In this document: positions 10,848-23,457 of the stretch, piece after piece
Layout: each line of letters opens with the position of its first letter
Numbering within the stretch: position 1 is the first letter of the stretch
DNA from: Octopus vulgaris
Lineage: Eukaryota
Reading direction: 5' to 3'
DNA: 64,000 bases
Assembly: GCA_951406725.2 (NCBI GenBank)
Contig: OX597816.1
Coordinates: 67,580,001-67,644,000 of the forward strand
The notes under the pieces: model-generated
What the model was told of the DNA's origin: nothing
Databases searched by the model: none
Seen by the model: only the letters and a program-made list of their open reading frames with translations
Translations under genes and position numbers: made by a program

Positions 10848-12023
10848 TACAAGTGTTGTTCCTAAAGCATTGAAAAAATAGGCATTACGTTTTTTTTTTA
10901 TTGAAATAGGACGTCCAAGTTGCACATGTTAGCAGAGCATCTCTTTCTCTATACAAAGACAGTACTCAACATAACCCCCTCACGAGCGATGCGTTTGCAT
11001 TTTCGTTGGACCCAAGATATGTATCGTCTTAAAAAAAATCAGGTATGCTCTGTTGCAACCATTTCTCTACATACACTTAAACCTAATCTCAGTCATAATT
11101 TCGTTGTCCTCTTCATTAGACCAAACAGAGAGAAGTCAGAGGGTGTCAGATCTGGACTGTACGGTGGATGGGGGAACCACTGATTTGCTCTATTTGCCGA
11201 TTGCCTGGTTTGTTGCCAAAGATGTCTATGATAATGCATCGTTATGGTGAATGTGGTTAGTTTTCTGATTCTTGTTTGGTATTACCCACCTGATGGTTTT
11301 TCTAAGCCTTTATATTGCTTCAATGTACCGTACGCTGTTCATAGTACAGCTAGGGTTCAGAAAATTAAGGACTTGGCCCCCCCCCCAAGCTACCATACCA
11401 TCTTGTGTCGAAGCTAGCGCTTGGAGAAGAGATGTGACAACATTCTATGCACTGAGCCTTCGTTTCTGGATCACAAAGATACGGACACGTTCTTTCTCCT
11501 GTCACCAGATCGGGAAAAAATATATTCATTAGCTTCAAGCGCTTCAGCAAATTACAGGAGGCTGCCACCCTTCTTTCCTTCAAATCGAGTGTCAACTGCC
11601 GAGGTACTTACTTCGCACAAACTTTCTGACATCCAAAGTTTTCCATTATCTTCTGTATTGTATTGCGACCACAGTCCAGTTGTGCGGTATGCTCACAGAT
11701 TGTGACTCATCTATCTGCGCGAATCAGTACGTCCACTCACTGGCGATTCGTGTCAGTAGTCGCAGCTGATGGCCTTCCGCTGCGTTGTTTGTTTTTAGTT
11801 TCCCATTCTTTAAACTTGTAAACAATGTGTATCTTTCTGTCGGATAGCCTGTCCCTCATCTTCATCAAGAACACAACATCACGTTCCTTCTGTTTGGAAC
11901 TATTATGATGAAGAGGAAGGAGATTTAATATAGATGAAGAGTAACACGATCAACATATGCAAGTTGTCAGTTAATAAAAGAAGTTACGCCCACTTTTGCA
12001 TTACTTTCAGGATAATCCTAGTA
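10848..12023 (-). mobile_element. Near-full-length decayed mariner element
   Basis: Minus-strand SPDLTPSDFSLFG motif at ~11110-11160, TA-bounded degenerate TIRs and a length of ~1.18 kb. Confidence 0.7.
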
Positions 12024-12051
12024 TTTTAATACTAATACATAAATGTACACA

Positions 12052-12361
12052 TAGGCACAGGTGTGGCTATGTAGCCAGAAGCTTGCTTCCTAACCACATG
12101 GTTCTGGGTTCAGTCCCACTGAGTGGTTTCATGGGAAAACATCTACTATAACCTTGGGTTGACCAAAGCCTTCTGAGTGGATTTGATAGATGGAAACTTA
12201 GATTGTCGTATATGTGTGTGTGTGTTCGGCAAAAAAGACCGACAGAATAAGTACCTGGCTTAGCAAAAAAAAAAAAAAAAAAAAAAATTAAGTACTATTG
12301 CAACGGGCCGACAAAACGCTTGTGAGTGGATGTGATAGACGGAAACTGAAAGAAGTCCGTC

Positions 12362-12434
<73 letters not shown>

Positions 12435-12615
12435 TGTGTATTTGTATGTCTGTGTTTCTCCCCCCACTATCGCTTGACAACCGATGTTGATGTGTTTACG
12501 TTCCGTAACTTAGCGGTTCGGCAAAAGAGACCGACAGAATAAGTACCAGGCTAACAAAGAGTAGATCTTGGGGTCGATTAATTCGACTAAAAATTCTTCA
12601 AGGCGATACCCCACA
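12052..12615 (+). mobile_element. SINE family A, two nested or partial copies
   Basis: Same head, core and tail motifs, duplicated. Confidence 0.8.
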
Positions 12616-12855
12616 AAGGCTGCTGTTTCTAGCGTAGCTAGAGTGTGTGCCGCCCGAGGCGGCCCTTCCGTTTTCCGCCGCTGGACCCCACAAAAAACAC
12701 ATTGCCTACAGCAGACCCAAATATTTATATACTGATATATACAGTTACAAGCATAACAAAGAAAAGCAAACACGATCTGTTAGAACTAGCAGCTAAATCT
12801 TGCTCAAATCATTATGGACTGTTAAAAGGAAAAAAAACAAAGGACGCATAGTTGT

Positions 12856-13234
12856 ATTAAGTCGATTACATCGACCCCAGTGCGTAACTGGTACTTATTT
12901 CGAAAGGATGAAACGCAAAGTCAACCTCGGCGGAATTTGAACTCAGAACGTAACGGCAGACGAAATACTGCTAAGCAATTCGCCCGGCGTGCTAACGTTT
13001 CTTATTTCTTTATTGCTCCCATGGGGCTAAACTTAGAGGGGACAAACAAGGACAGACAAACGTATTAAGTCCATTACATCGACCCCAGTGCGTAACTGGT
13101 ACTTAATTTATCGACACCGAAAGGATGAAAGGCAAAGTCGACCTCGGCGGAATTTGAACTCAGAACGTAGCGGCAGACAAAATAGTGCTAAGCATTTCGC
13201 CCGGCGTGCTAACGATTCTGCCAGCTCACCGCCG
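12856..13234 (-). mobile_element. SINE family B, two tandem copies
   Basis: Family motifs occur twice. Confidence 0.88.
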
Positions 13235-13627
13235 TATAGTTGTCGGATATATTGCCTGGGAACAAACGAAATAGTCACAGATGGTTCGTATTTGTTCATA
13301 GATCTGCTCGAGCACGGCTGATCTCGATGGAGTTAATCGTCAGCACAAGAACAAAATAGGAACTCGAAATAGGAATAATCTTCGATTTTAATTATGCTAA
13401 AACGATATATTTTCTCCTGAATTTTCAGTTAGCTTGGTATAACATCATCTTAACTGGTAGGAATCAGTTTTTATACCTATTTCTCCATGCATGCTGTCTC
13501 CATGTTACTAGCTGTCATTTCAACTAACATTTCTGTGTTATAGAATTAACTACACTAGTTGAAATCCACGTGGTCACTCGACCCGCTAGAAATAGCAGCC
13601 AAATCCCATTCAATCTATATTCTGCTG

Positions 13628-13860
13628 TTCTTTATTCTTTTACTCGTTTCAGTATTTTTAACTGCGACCATGTTGGGGCACCGTCTTGAAGGGTTTTGGT
13701 CGAACAAATCGACCCCAGGATTTATCAATTTAGGTCTGGTATTTATTCTATCGGCCTCTTTTGCCGAACCGCTAGGTTACGGGGACGTAAACACACCAAC
13801 ACCGGTTGTCAAGCGGTGATGGAACAAACACGAGATAGACACAGACAGACAGACAAACAG

Positions 13861-13891
<31 letters not shown>

Positions 13892-13900
13892 CACACACAT
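13628..13900 (-). mobile_element. SINE family A, 3' half
   Basis: Reverse complement of the family A tail. Confidence 0.8.
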
Positions 13901-14159
13901 ACGCACATATATATCGTTTGCTATTATGCAAAAGTGTCGTATGTCCAAAACGTTGCTTTTTCAGAAATCGAAAAAATAGTTCCACCATTCCATAGCCAAA
14001 CCGCTGTACTGCACTTTGGCAAATTTTGATATCTTGGCATCTAAAGCAGCTAGAGATACGATAGTTTAATCAAAAGAACCGGCTATTGCAAACAAAAATA
14101 AATAGCGAAAACATTTGGCCAAATGTGGGCATACGACAATATAATATAATAGCAACGAA

Positions 14160-14212
<53 letters not shown>

Positions 14213-14370
14213 ACACGACGGGCTTCTTTCAGTTTCCGTCTACCAAATCCACTCACAAGGCTTTGGTCGGCCCGAGGCTATAGAAGACACTCGCCCAAGG
14301 TGCCACGCAGTAGGACTGAACCCGGGACCATGTAGTTGGTAAGCAAGCTACTTACCACACAGCCACTCCA
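14213..14370 (-). mobile_element. SINE family A, 5' half
   Basis: Reverse complement of the family A head and core. Confidence 0.85.
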
Positions 14371-14915
14371 ACACTTTTCATAGATTTCAGCATGAAAATC
14401 ACCGATAAAACTAGTGTATTGAAGAAAAATACCTTTTGCTTTTAAATACACCCAGAGTAACACACGCACTTTCGTGTCTCCCTCATAGTCAGATGAGCAA
14501 TAAATGCATAGTTTTCTCGTTTTAACAAATTGTAACGAACGATGTTAGTGCTTGTTGTTCACGAAATACGATCTATTATACATTAAATAAAATATTTGAA
14601 TGATTCACAAACACACGCATCACTGTCAGTTAGAAATGAGGTGATGCATCACCCTTCCTTCACTGTAACTACTACTTGTGTCTGCTGTTTTCAACCACCA
14701 ACACATCCACCAGAAATTTGACCAACTTCCACACCAAACAGTCACTTAACCTCTCACCCTTCGCAAAATTAAACAAATGCCTGATGTAGCAATGGCCGTT
14801 TTTGAGTCAAATGTACACCAACGAACAAGCTTGCACACCAGTCTGCACACATACACTCAAAGATGTAGGCGCTGGTGTCAAGAGTTGTGTATGTTTATCA
14901 TTCAAATGTTTATGT

Positions 14916-15214
14916 TGTTCCTTCTCAAGCCACGCCTGGCTCATTAGGGCCGGTTTCCCGGTTTCTTTGGCGTATAGGTTCCCCACCTGGACGAGACGCC
15001 GGTCCGTTGCAGGTGACCTGCAAGATGCAGGAGGAAAGAGTGAGAGAAAGTTTTGGCGAAAACATCAGCAGAAGTTCGCCATTACCTTCTGCCGGAGCTG
15101 CGTGGAGCTTAGGCTTTTCGCTCATAAACACACACATCGCCCGGTCTTAGATTCGAACCCGCGAACCCTCGACCGCGTGTCCGCTGCTCTAACCACTAGG
15201 CCATGTGCCTCCAC
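14916..15214 (-). mobile_element. SINE family C
   Basis: Reverse complement of the 29335-29627 type. Confidence 0.85.
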
Positions 15215-15631
15215 AAATGTTTATATAGCATGACTGAATTAGCTTTGTATATGCATGAGAAGAGAATAATAAGGTGCATTTACGGCAGTTGACTTTCCAC
15301 AGGGTATGCTTACAAACTATCGCCTTACTACGTTTATGTATGTGTGTGTGTTGTGTGTATGAGAGTAATATGCAAATTAGTTGTTTCAAATTTTAGTACA
15401 AGGCCAGCAATTTCGGGGAGGGGTGAGTCAGTTATATCGACTTCAGTTTTTAACTGGTGTTTATTTTATCAACTCGGAAAGGATAAAAGGTAAAGTCGAC
15501 TTCGGAATCTTGGGGTTAGTAGCCCGCGCTCTTAACCACTACGCCATATGCCCGTGGGCAATTATGGATTCCAATTTCGATTCCAACCAGTGACCTGGAT
15601 AATAATAATAATAATAATAATAATGATAATA

Positions 15632-15808
15632 GCATCAAAAAATTCCTTAGGAACGAGAACCCAGGTTCGAAATTTCCCCAAGACACCTGATGAAGGCTGG
15701 AGGGTATATCAGCCGAAACGTTGTGTTAATAACAAACAAAATGAGGACAAATATTCGTCGAATGTAAATAATGTACATAACTCCTCATCTCTTAAATATA
15801 GAACTGTA
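15632..15808 (+). mobile_element. Short repeat carrying a hammerhead motif (probably derived from a Penelope-like pLTR)
   Basis: Follows an (AAT)n run and contains CTGATGA...GAAAC. The Penelope link is inferred from the known association of minimal hammerheads with Penelope-like elements. Confidence 0.45.
15682..15727 (+). ncRNA. Minimal type I hammerhead ribozyme-like motif
   Basis: GACAC-CTGATGA-A-GGCTG(loop)CAGCC-GAAA-CG-TT|GTGTT: stem I ACAC/GTGT, stem II GGCTG/CAGCC and a palindromic ACGT stem III. Confidence 0.7.
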
Positions 15809-16919
15809 TTTCTAATTCAATCCACTGTACTATTCTCTCCAGCGCCACTCTCTTCCCTCACCAGTCTCGCACTACGCCGTCGTTCTCTTCTGTCTCGCTC
15901 TACACCCCCGCTCTATTCTACCCAATCTCGCACTACGTCGCCATTTCGATCTTTCGTCTCGCATTACGGCACCGCTTTATTCCCTTTCGTCTCGCACTAC
16001 GTCACCACTCTGTTCTGTCAAGTCTCGCACTACGACACCCTCTGCTGCCGAGTTTCACACTACACCACATCAGTCTTATTCTGGTTCTTGTCTTGCCCAA
16101 TATCGCTGCCCTATTCTCACACTCCATCATAGCCTCTCTCTCTTCTGTCTCTACCCTCATATCATGCCGCCACCCTATCCTGTATTCTGCTGGTTGAATC
16201 GAGGTGTCTCGTGTATATTTTGCTTGTAGGTAGAAAAATATCCTCCATAGTGTATTTTGTTGGATGAAATATCCTAACAAGAAAGTTCCAACTTGGTTTC
16301 TTGATCTGCTAGAAATAGCTGCCAAATTTTCCTCAAATCATTGCCTAATGCGAGACTAGATAGCATAAAGCGGCAGTGGAGGATAACGTGATACAGACTA
16401 AAGCGGAGGTGAGGGTGAGAGTAGAGAGAATAGAGCAGCGATGAGGTCAGAAGTAGAGAAGAGGGCGAGATCAGACAGAATAGAATGGTTGTGTGTGTGA
16501 GTGGGGGGGGGGGGGAAGAATCGGGTGGAGACCGAGAGTAAACAGAATCGAGAGTAAGCAAAATGGAGCGGCGTTGGAGGGTGAGAGGTGACAGAATAAG
16601 CGGCGTTGAAGGTCGATACTAGACAGATATCAGGAGGAAAAAAAGAGCAAGAAGAACTAAAAAAAAAACAAAAACACACACACACACAAAAAAAAAAAAC
16701 AAACAAAATCTCGCAAGACAATGCAGTTAAAGGATAATGTAGTTAGTCATACGAAAATACGAAATAACCAAGACTTGAAACAACAATTTTGATCAAATAT
16801 TTACTTTATCAGAGCAGACATACGAGGTAAAAACAAAAACGACACTGTTAGAACAGGCGGTTGACAATATATCAAGACACATCACCAGACAAAGCAAGCA
16901 CGCGCGCGCACACGCACAC

Positions 16920-16995
<76 letters not shown>

Positions 16996-17561
16996 GCATG
17001 TGTAAGTCTAAATTTATGTCGACTGCCTGATATCACCAGCTGGCACATGTTTTTAATGATGAGTACACACAACTTAAGATCTAATGAGCAATATTATAAC
17101 GAGCGGTGATCTAAAACTGGACACCGCACTGAGGTTATGAGTCAGTCAACTATGACATATCGTAGACCGTTAATGACACACTAACCTATATATATATGAT
17201 AGTTATATTTCATGTGAGCTGAATGAAGACCAGTAAGAAGACCACAAGGTAGACTCATTACTTGAGACCAATATAGATGTTATTACTGGTACTAGCATAC
17301 ACGTGCACTAAAAATATAACGACACTCATTAAGGAGAGAAAAATGGTGTATCTATTTAAAACAACGAAAGAAACAATAGGTAGCCTTAACCTTTCTATCT
17401 GAAAGGTTTTTAACCCAATATTTACATGCTGTTATTTATAGCGGGTTTTACGTTACCCCCGATATACTGAGTAGACCGCGATATAAATTTACATATATTA
17501 GTCAGAAAAATCCGCAATGTACTGAGTGCATGATAGGTGAACCGCGATAAGACGAGGGATT

Positions 17562-17775
17562 ACTCTTTTACTTGTTTCAGTCATTTGACTGTGGCCATGC
17601 TGGAGCAACGCCTTTTAGTCGAGGAAATCGACCCCAGGACTTATTCTTTGTAAGCCTAGTACTTATTCTATCGGTCTCTTTTGCGCAATCGCTAAGTAAC
17701 AGGGATGTAAACACACCAGCATCGGTTGTCAGGTGATGTTGGGAGGGGGGGGGGCAAACACAGACACAAACATAT

Positions 17776-17815
<40 letters not shown>

Positions 17816-17816
17816 G

Positions 17817-17852
<36 letters not shown>

Positions 17853-18010
17853 CGACGGGCTTCTTTCAGTTTCCGTTAACCAAATCCACTCACAAGGCTT
17901 TGGTTGGCCCGAGGCTATAGTAGAAAACATTTGCCCAAGGTGCCACATAGTAGGACTGAACCCGGAACCATGTGGTTAGTAAGCAATCTACTTACCACGC
18001 AGCCACTCCT
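17562..18010 (-). mobile_element. SINE family A, full length
   Basis: Reverse complement of the 4560-4950 type. Confidence 0.9.
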
Positions 18011-18024
18011 ATAATCTTATATCA

Positions 18025-18570
18025 TTAGACTGCGGCCATGCTGGTGCACCTCCTTGAATTTGTAGTCGATTGAATCAACCCCAGTACTTATTTTTTAAGC
18101 CTGGTACTTATTCTATTGGGCGAATCGCTAAGTTACGGGTTCGCAAACACGCCGGCACCGATTGTCAAGCGGTGGTGGGAAACAAACACAGACACAAAGA
18201 CACACACACATATACAACGGACTTCTTTCTGTTTCCATCTACGAAATTCACTCACGAGGCTTTGGTCGGCCCGAGGCTATAGTAGACACACTTGCCCAAG
18301 GTGTCACGTAGAGGGACTGAACCCGGAACTATGTAGATGGGAAGCTCACTTCTTGCATGGTGAGGAGCTTGCTTCTCAGCCACATAGTTCAGTCTCACTG
18401 CGTGACACCTTGGGCAAGTGTCTTCTACTATAGTCTCAGGCCGACCAAAACCTCGTGAGTGAATTTCGTAGGTGGAAACTGAAAGAAGCCAGTATGTGCG
18501 TGCGTGTGTGTGTGCGTGCACGTGTGTGTGTTTATCACCCACTACCGCATGACAACCAGTGATGGTCTGA
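18025..18570. mobile_element. Two older family A SINEs head-to-head
   Basis: Minus copy at ~18025-18350 and plus copy at ~18357-18570. Confidence 0.75.
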
Positions 18571-18574
18571 ACGT

Positions 18575-18720
18575 AAAATCTCAGAACGTAAAAAGCTACA
18601 GTAAACCCCCCCACCTTTGTGGTTAGCCATATTGAGATGGCTATTATACTTTACATCTTTAAAAATGCTTATATAGTTATTTCCCTTACAAACCCGAGCA
18701 ACGCCGGGCGATACTGCTAG
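18575..18720 (+). mobile_element. Helitron-like 3' end
   Basis: Hairpin CCCGAGCAACGCCGGG about 10 nt before a terminal CTAG followed by T. Confidence 0.65.
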
Positions 18721-19341
18721 TTCCTATTAAAAAAAAATTTTGAATAATCTATATACGCCCAAACGTATCTCTGCAAAATCTCATTAAAAAAGTACGCTGT
18801 TTTTAGATATTTATGAGGAAAACAAAGTCGACAGGGTTACCAAAACTATAGGTGTGCCGAAACATTTTTTGGTTTCCCGACTTAATTTCCTCATATTTCT
18901 CTTCAATATGCGTATTTTTATTGAAGCGCAGAAGAAATAGATTTTGGTGAGTATAGATTGCGATTTTGTTGATAAAATTCGGAAAAGAATCCTAAAGTTG
19001 AGGAAATTTGTGATAACAAAATCGGATGAGGAAAAGGACGATCTGAAACTCACCCATATAGTATTTTTTTTTTTAGAAAGGCATATATAATGCACACCCA
19101 CGAAAACACATTTCTACAAAATTTCATTTTAAAATGTGGATTTGAAATAGAGTTATGTGAAAACAGATTCGAGTGAAGGAACATGATCTGACGCTCCCTC
19201 ATAAAAGTTAACCTACGGGAACGGCTATATGATAAACTAGCTCGCATTGCCCAAAGTGCCACGCAGTGGGACTGAACCCCGAACCATTAGGTTCGTAAGC
19301 AAGCTACTTACCACACAGTCACTCCTGCGTAGATTTTTATT

Positions 19342-19542
19342 AGTGGCTGTGTGGTAAGTAGCTTGCTTACGAACCATATGGTTCCGGGTTCAGTCCCACT
19401 GTGTGGCACTTTGGGCAAGTGTCTTCTACTACCGCCTCGGGCCGACCAACGCCTTGTGAGTGGATTTGGTAGACGGAAACTGAAAGAAGCCCGTCGTATT
19501 TATGTATATATATATGTGTGTGTGCGTGTGTGTTTGCGTGTA

Positions 19543-19575
<33 letters not shown>

Positions 19576-19810
19576 TTGTGTGCGTATGTGTGTGTGTGCG
19601 TGTGTGTGTTTGTGTGTTTGTGTATGTCCCCCCAACATCGCTTGACAACCGATGCTGGTGTGTTTACGCTCTCGTAACTGAGCGGTTCGGCAAAAGAGAC
19701 CGATAGAATAAGGACTAAGCTTACAAAGAATGAGTCCTGGGGTCGATTTGCTCAACTAAAAAGGTGGTGCTCCAGCATGGCCGCAGTCAAAATGACTGAA
19801 ACAAGTAAAA
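19342..19810 (+). mobile_element. SINE family A, full length (inverted head fragment at 19245-19330)
   Basis: Family motifs. Confidence 0.9.
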
Positions 19811-19877
19811 GCATATAAGAATATAAGGCCTGATATAGTGGCTTAAATACCTGGCAATGTAACTCATTGGAAACACA

Positions 19878-20305
19878 GCCCTTGCTTCTTGCTTCATGCA
19901 CTTGTTTGACGACACTGAGGTCATCACAGATTAGTGGACCCAGAGGAGTGATCGTACGTAGAGTCGACCGAGTCCACCTGTACTCCCCCTAGCTGGCAGT
20001 CCTATGTCAGCCCCACTGCATCCTCCGAGACGACGTCGAGCCTCTGGAAGTATTCCTTAATCACGTACAGCCATCTGATGCGGAGCCTGCCTCAGAGCCT
20101 GCCATGGGGCCTCTTCCAGTTCGTGGGTGGTGCGTCAAACGAGGGTAAGGCTCTGGTTGGATGATCTGGCGGGAGGTGGAAGACATGTCCGTACCAATGT
20201 ATGCGGTGGGTAGCTAGGAGGTGGGAGGCTGCGGGCTGATACGTGCGTGCACGCAGATGATCAATGTTTAGAAAGTTACAGGGATGCAGAAAGCATGCTC
20301 ACCTG
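19878..20305 (-). mobile_element. RTE-clade LINE 3' fragment
   Basis: Minus-strand RIHWYGHVFHLPPDHPTR...WKRPHGR...IRWL.VI and a short GCAAGAA-type tail. Confidence 0.75.
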
Positions 20306-20384
20306 TAATATGAAAGAATACCGGTAGAGACCTCTACCGGTATTATAATGATCTGAAACAAATAAAAAGAGTTTTATTTATTAT

Positions 20385-20694
20385 TTTATTCATGCGCCCT
20401 TTTCAAACCCAGCCAGGCTCATGGGCCCGGTTTCCCGATTTCTGTGGCGTATCTGTCCCCCCCCCCACCAGCTGGACGGGACGCCAGTCCATCACAGCGT
20501 TACTCAAGAAACAAGAAGAAAGAGTGAGAGAAAGTTGGGGCGAAAGAGTACAACAGGGATCGCCACCACCCCCTGACAGAGCCTCGTGGAATTTTAGGTA
20601 TTTTAGCTCAATAAACACACACAACGCCCGGTCTGGGAATCGAAACAGCGATCCACTGACCGCGGGTCCGCTGCCCTAAACATTGCGCCTCCAC
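20385..20694 (-). mobile_element. SINE family C variant
   Basis: Family motifs. Confidence 0.8.
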
Positions 20695-21018
20695 ATCAAA
20701 TGGTAACATAATGTTATAGATAAAAGAGCAAGAAAACACTCTAAGACGGACGAATGAGAAATCTGTTGGTACCAGACCCGAGGTACAAGTTTATATTTGT
20801 GATCATCGGGGCGCTTGGTTATGCAATAGTTTCAGTGCCTGATTTCGAAAAGTTTGGTTTCATAAAACCAGAAAAGATACGGACCAATAAAAAATTACAA
20901 TTACAATCCAATAATGGAACTAGGAAAATATGTAAAACATTCCTGAAGTTTAATCTGTATTGTGTACACATACACACTTATAAATATTCAAAAAGATGTA
21001 CATGTTTATAAACATACG

Positions 21019-21060
<42 letters not shown>

Positions 21061-21173
21061 GTAAAGTCGAAATGTACAAGACTATCTCGGTGTCGTCGTC
21101 TAGATTCCAATAAAAGATAGAACGTTGTTTCACAGCTGGAAACCAACTCTTACTCAATTGAAGGGAGAAATTT

Positions 21174-21176
<3 letters not shown>
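20695..21176 (+). mobile_element. 3' fragment of an RLE-type non-LTR retrotransposon ending in (CA)n
   Basis: PRYKFIFVIIGALGY...GF......KKLQLQS..GT.KICKTFLKF resembles the C-terminus of RLE LINEs, followed by a short 3' UTR and (CA)n. Confidence 0.6.
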
Positions 21177-21220
<44 letters not shown>

Positions 21221-21825
21221 ACACACACAGGTGTTTGCGTGTACTTTATGAATACATGTATTTCTATATGCATGGGATGTGTAAACAAGTCTATGTATGC
21301 ATATGTGTGTGCATGCGTGTGTATGCGTATGTTTTGTACGTACATACAAACATGCATATATCGCATGCATATGAAACTTACTTTTCAACTATTTAAGTAT
21401 GTAATTCCAAGACCGCCAGGAAGATGTTTGTTCATATGATGTGAAGACAAGACACTGCGACATGCCATAGGCGCAGCAGATGTCTTTCAAAGAGTTATAT
21501 GGAATTATCATATTTATGTTGTTGTTAATGAAACCGTTCTCTTCAGAAATTCTCAAGTGGAGTCATGCAGATAGCCCAGTTTTACAATTAAACTATATAA
21601 TGTTTGAGATGCAAAAGCACGTAACTCTGCATGTGATATTATTATGTTATGCTATGCTAAAGAGGGCAATCACACAATCTTTTAACGAGTCGTCGCTTCC
21701 CACTTCTTTTTTCCGTTAATTCAGCATCCGGTCCCAAAACATTATTACAGAATAATGTTAGCTTCTTTCTTATCAAGGCACGTATGCAACCTAGCCGAAT
21801 TTTTTTTTGTGTGTGTGTGTGTAAT

Positions 21826-21866
<41 letters not shown>

Positions 21867-22167
21867 AAATTTTAGGCGGGACACTAGCCAAATTTTAACT
21901 TCTCTGGAGCCTTTTTTCTTACCCCAACACCAACTTCCATTCAAACATTCACGTGACCCCTTCATAATGACCAATCAAAATTTTAGGCGCGAAACCAAGC
22001 AAATCCAAAACAACTCTGGAGCCTCTTTTTTTCACATATAAGAGACAGACTCTAATCTCTCTTTTATATTTTGATAAGCATAACAAATGCGCAACCGGTA
22101 AAAAGAACTTTCACCTAATTAAATTACTTAAATTACTTCAATTATTTGTCAGCATTTTCTTCATTTC

Positions 22168-22247
<80 letters not shown>

Positions 22248-22251
<4 letters not shown>

Positions 22252-22562
22252 AAGTCGCATGGCTCAGTGGTTAGAGCGTCGAGCTTAAGATAGTGGGGCT
22301 GCATGTTGTGTTCTTGAGCAAGACACTTTATTTCACGTTGCTCCAGTTCACTCAGCTGTAGAAATGAGTTGCGACGTCACAGGTGCCAAGCTGTATCGGC
22401 CCCTTTGCCTTTCCCTTGGATAACACTGGTGGCGTGGAAAGGGAAGGCCAGTATGCATGGGCAACTGCTGGTCTTCCATAAACAACCTTGCCCGGACTTG
22501 TACGTCGGAGGGTAACTTTCTAGGTGCAATCCCATGGTCATTCATGACCGAAGGGGGTCTCA
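22248..22562 (+). mobile_element. SINE family D (tRNA-derived)
   Basis: TGGCTCAGTGGTTAGAGC A box, then TTCTTGAGCAAGACACTTTATTTCACGTTGCTCCAG core. Body shared with 56603-56862. Confidence 0.8.
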
Positions 22563-22664
22563 ACATATATATGCATATATCGTGAAATTAACGTGTAAGT
22601 AGCTGAGCACTCAATACACACACACGCATAAGCGCGCGCACATATACATATATATATGCAAATT

Positions 22665-23024
22665 TACATATATATGTGTATATATATAGTTATATATACA
22701 TATATATATATACACACATATATATAAATATATAGACACACATATATATATATATACATAAATATACATAAATATATATACACATATTTATATACATAAA
22801 TATATAGAGACATATATATAGACATATATATATATATATATATATAGACATATATATATATAGACATATATATACATAGACATATATATACATACATACA
22901 TAAATATATGTACACACACATATATATACATATAGATATACATACATATATATATATACATACACATACATACATACATATATATACATACATATACATA
23001 CACATATATATACATACATACATA

Positions 23025-23085
<61 letters not shown>
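22665..23085. repeat. Cryptic (TA)n/(CATA)n microsatellite
   Basis: Direct inspection. Confidence 0.95.
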
Positions 23086-23088
<3 letters not shown>

Positions 23089-23457
23089 AGAAAAAAGGGG
23101 TGTGGAGAGTTTCGATTAACCCCACTTGATGAGTTGTATGTTGTGTTTACTAGTTGTTACTGTTGACCAGGACCTACTGCATCTCTGTATCATTTCGTTT
23201 TTTCAAAAGTTTATATACATATATGCATATACATATAAACATGTATGTGAGTGTGTACACGCGCGCGCGTGCGTGCGTGTGCGTGTGTATGTGTGTGCAT
23301 ACGCTATTAACTTTACTAGAATCATTTATCTTGCTCGCTGTATTTAGATTCAAACACGTGGAACGGAAGCTTTTGTCTAGTAATTGCATTGATAATTATA
23401 GTTAATTGAAGGCACACCATAATACACATGTCAATCCTTACCGTATGTGTATTTTTC

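Noticed and set aside
15500-15553. tRNA gene (minus strand, GGGCATATGGCGTAGTGGTTAAGAGCGCGGGCTACTAACCCC); likewise the heads at 29337, 22250 and 36935
   Set aside because: No complete cloverleaf or acceptor stem. These continue into SINE bodies and are tRNA-derived SINE heads.
15548-16132. 194-aa ORF
   Set aside because: Crosses (AAT)n, a dispersed repeat and low-complexity DNA, with no domain-like content.
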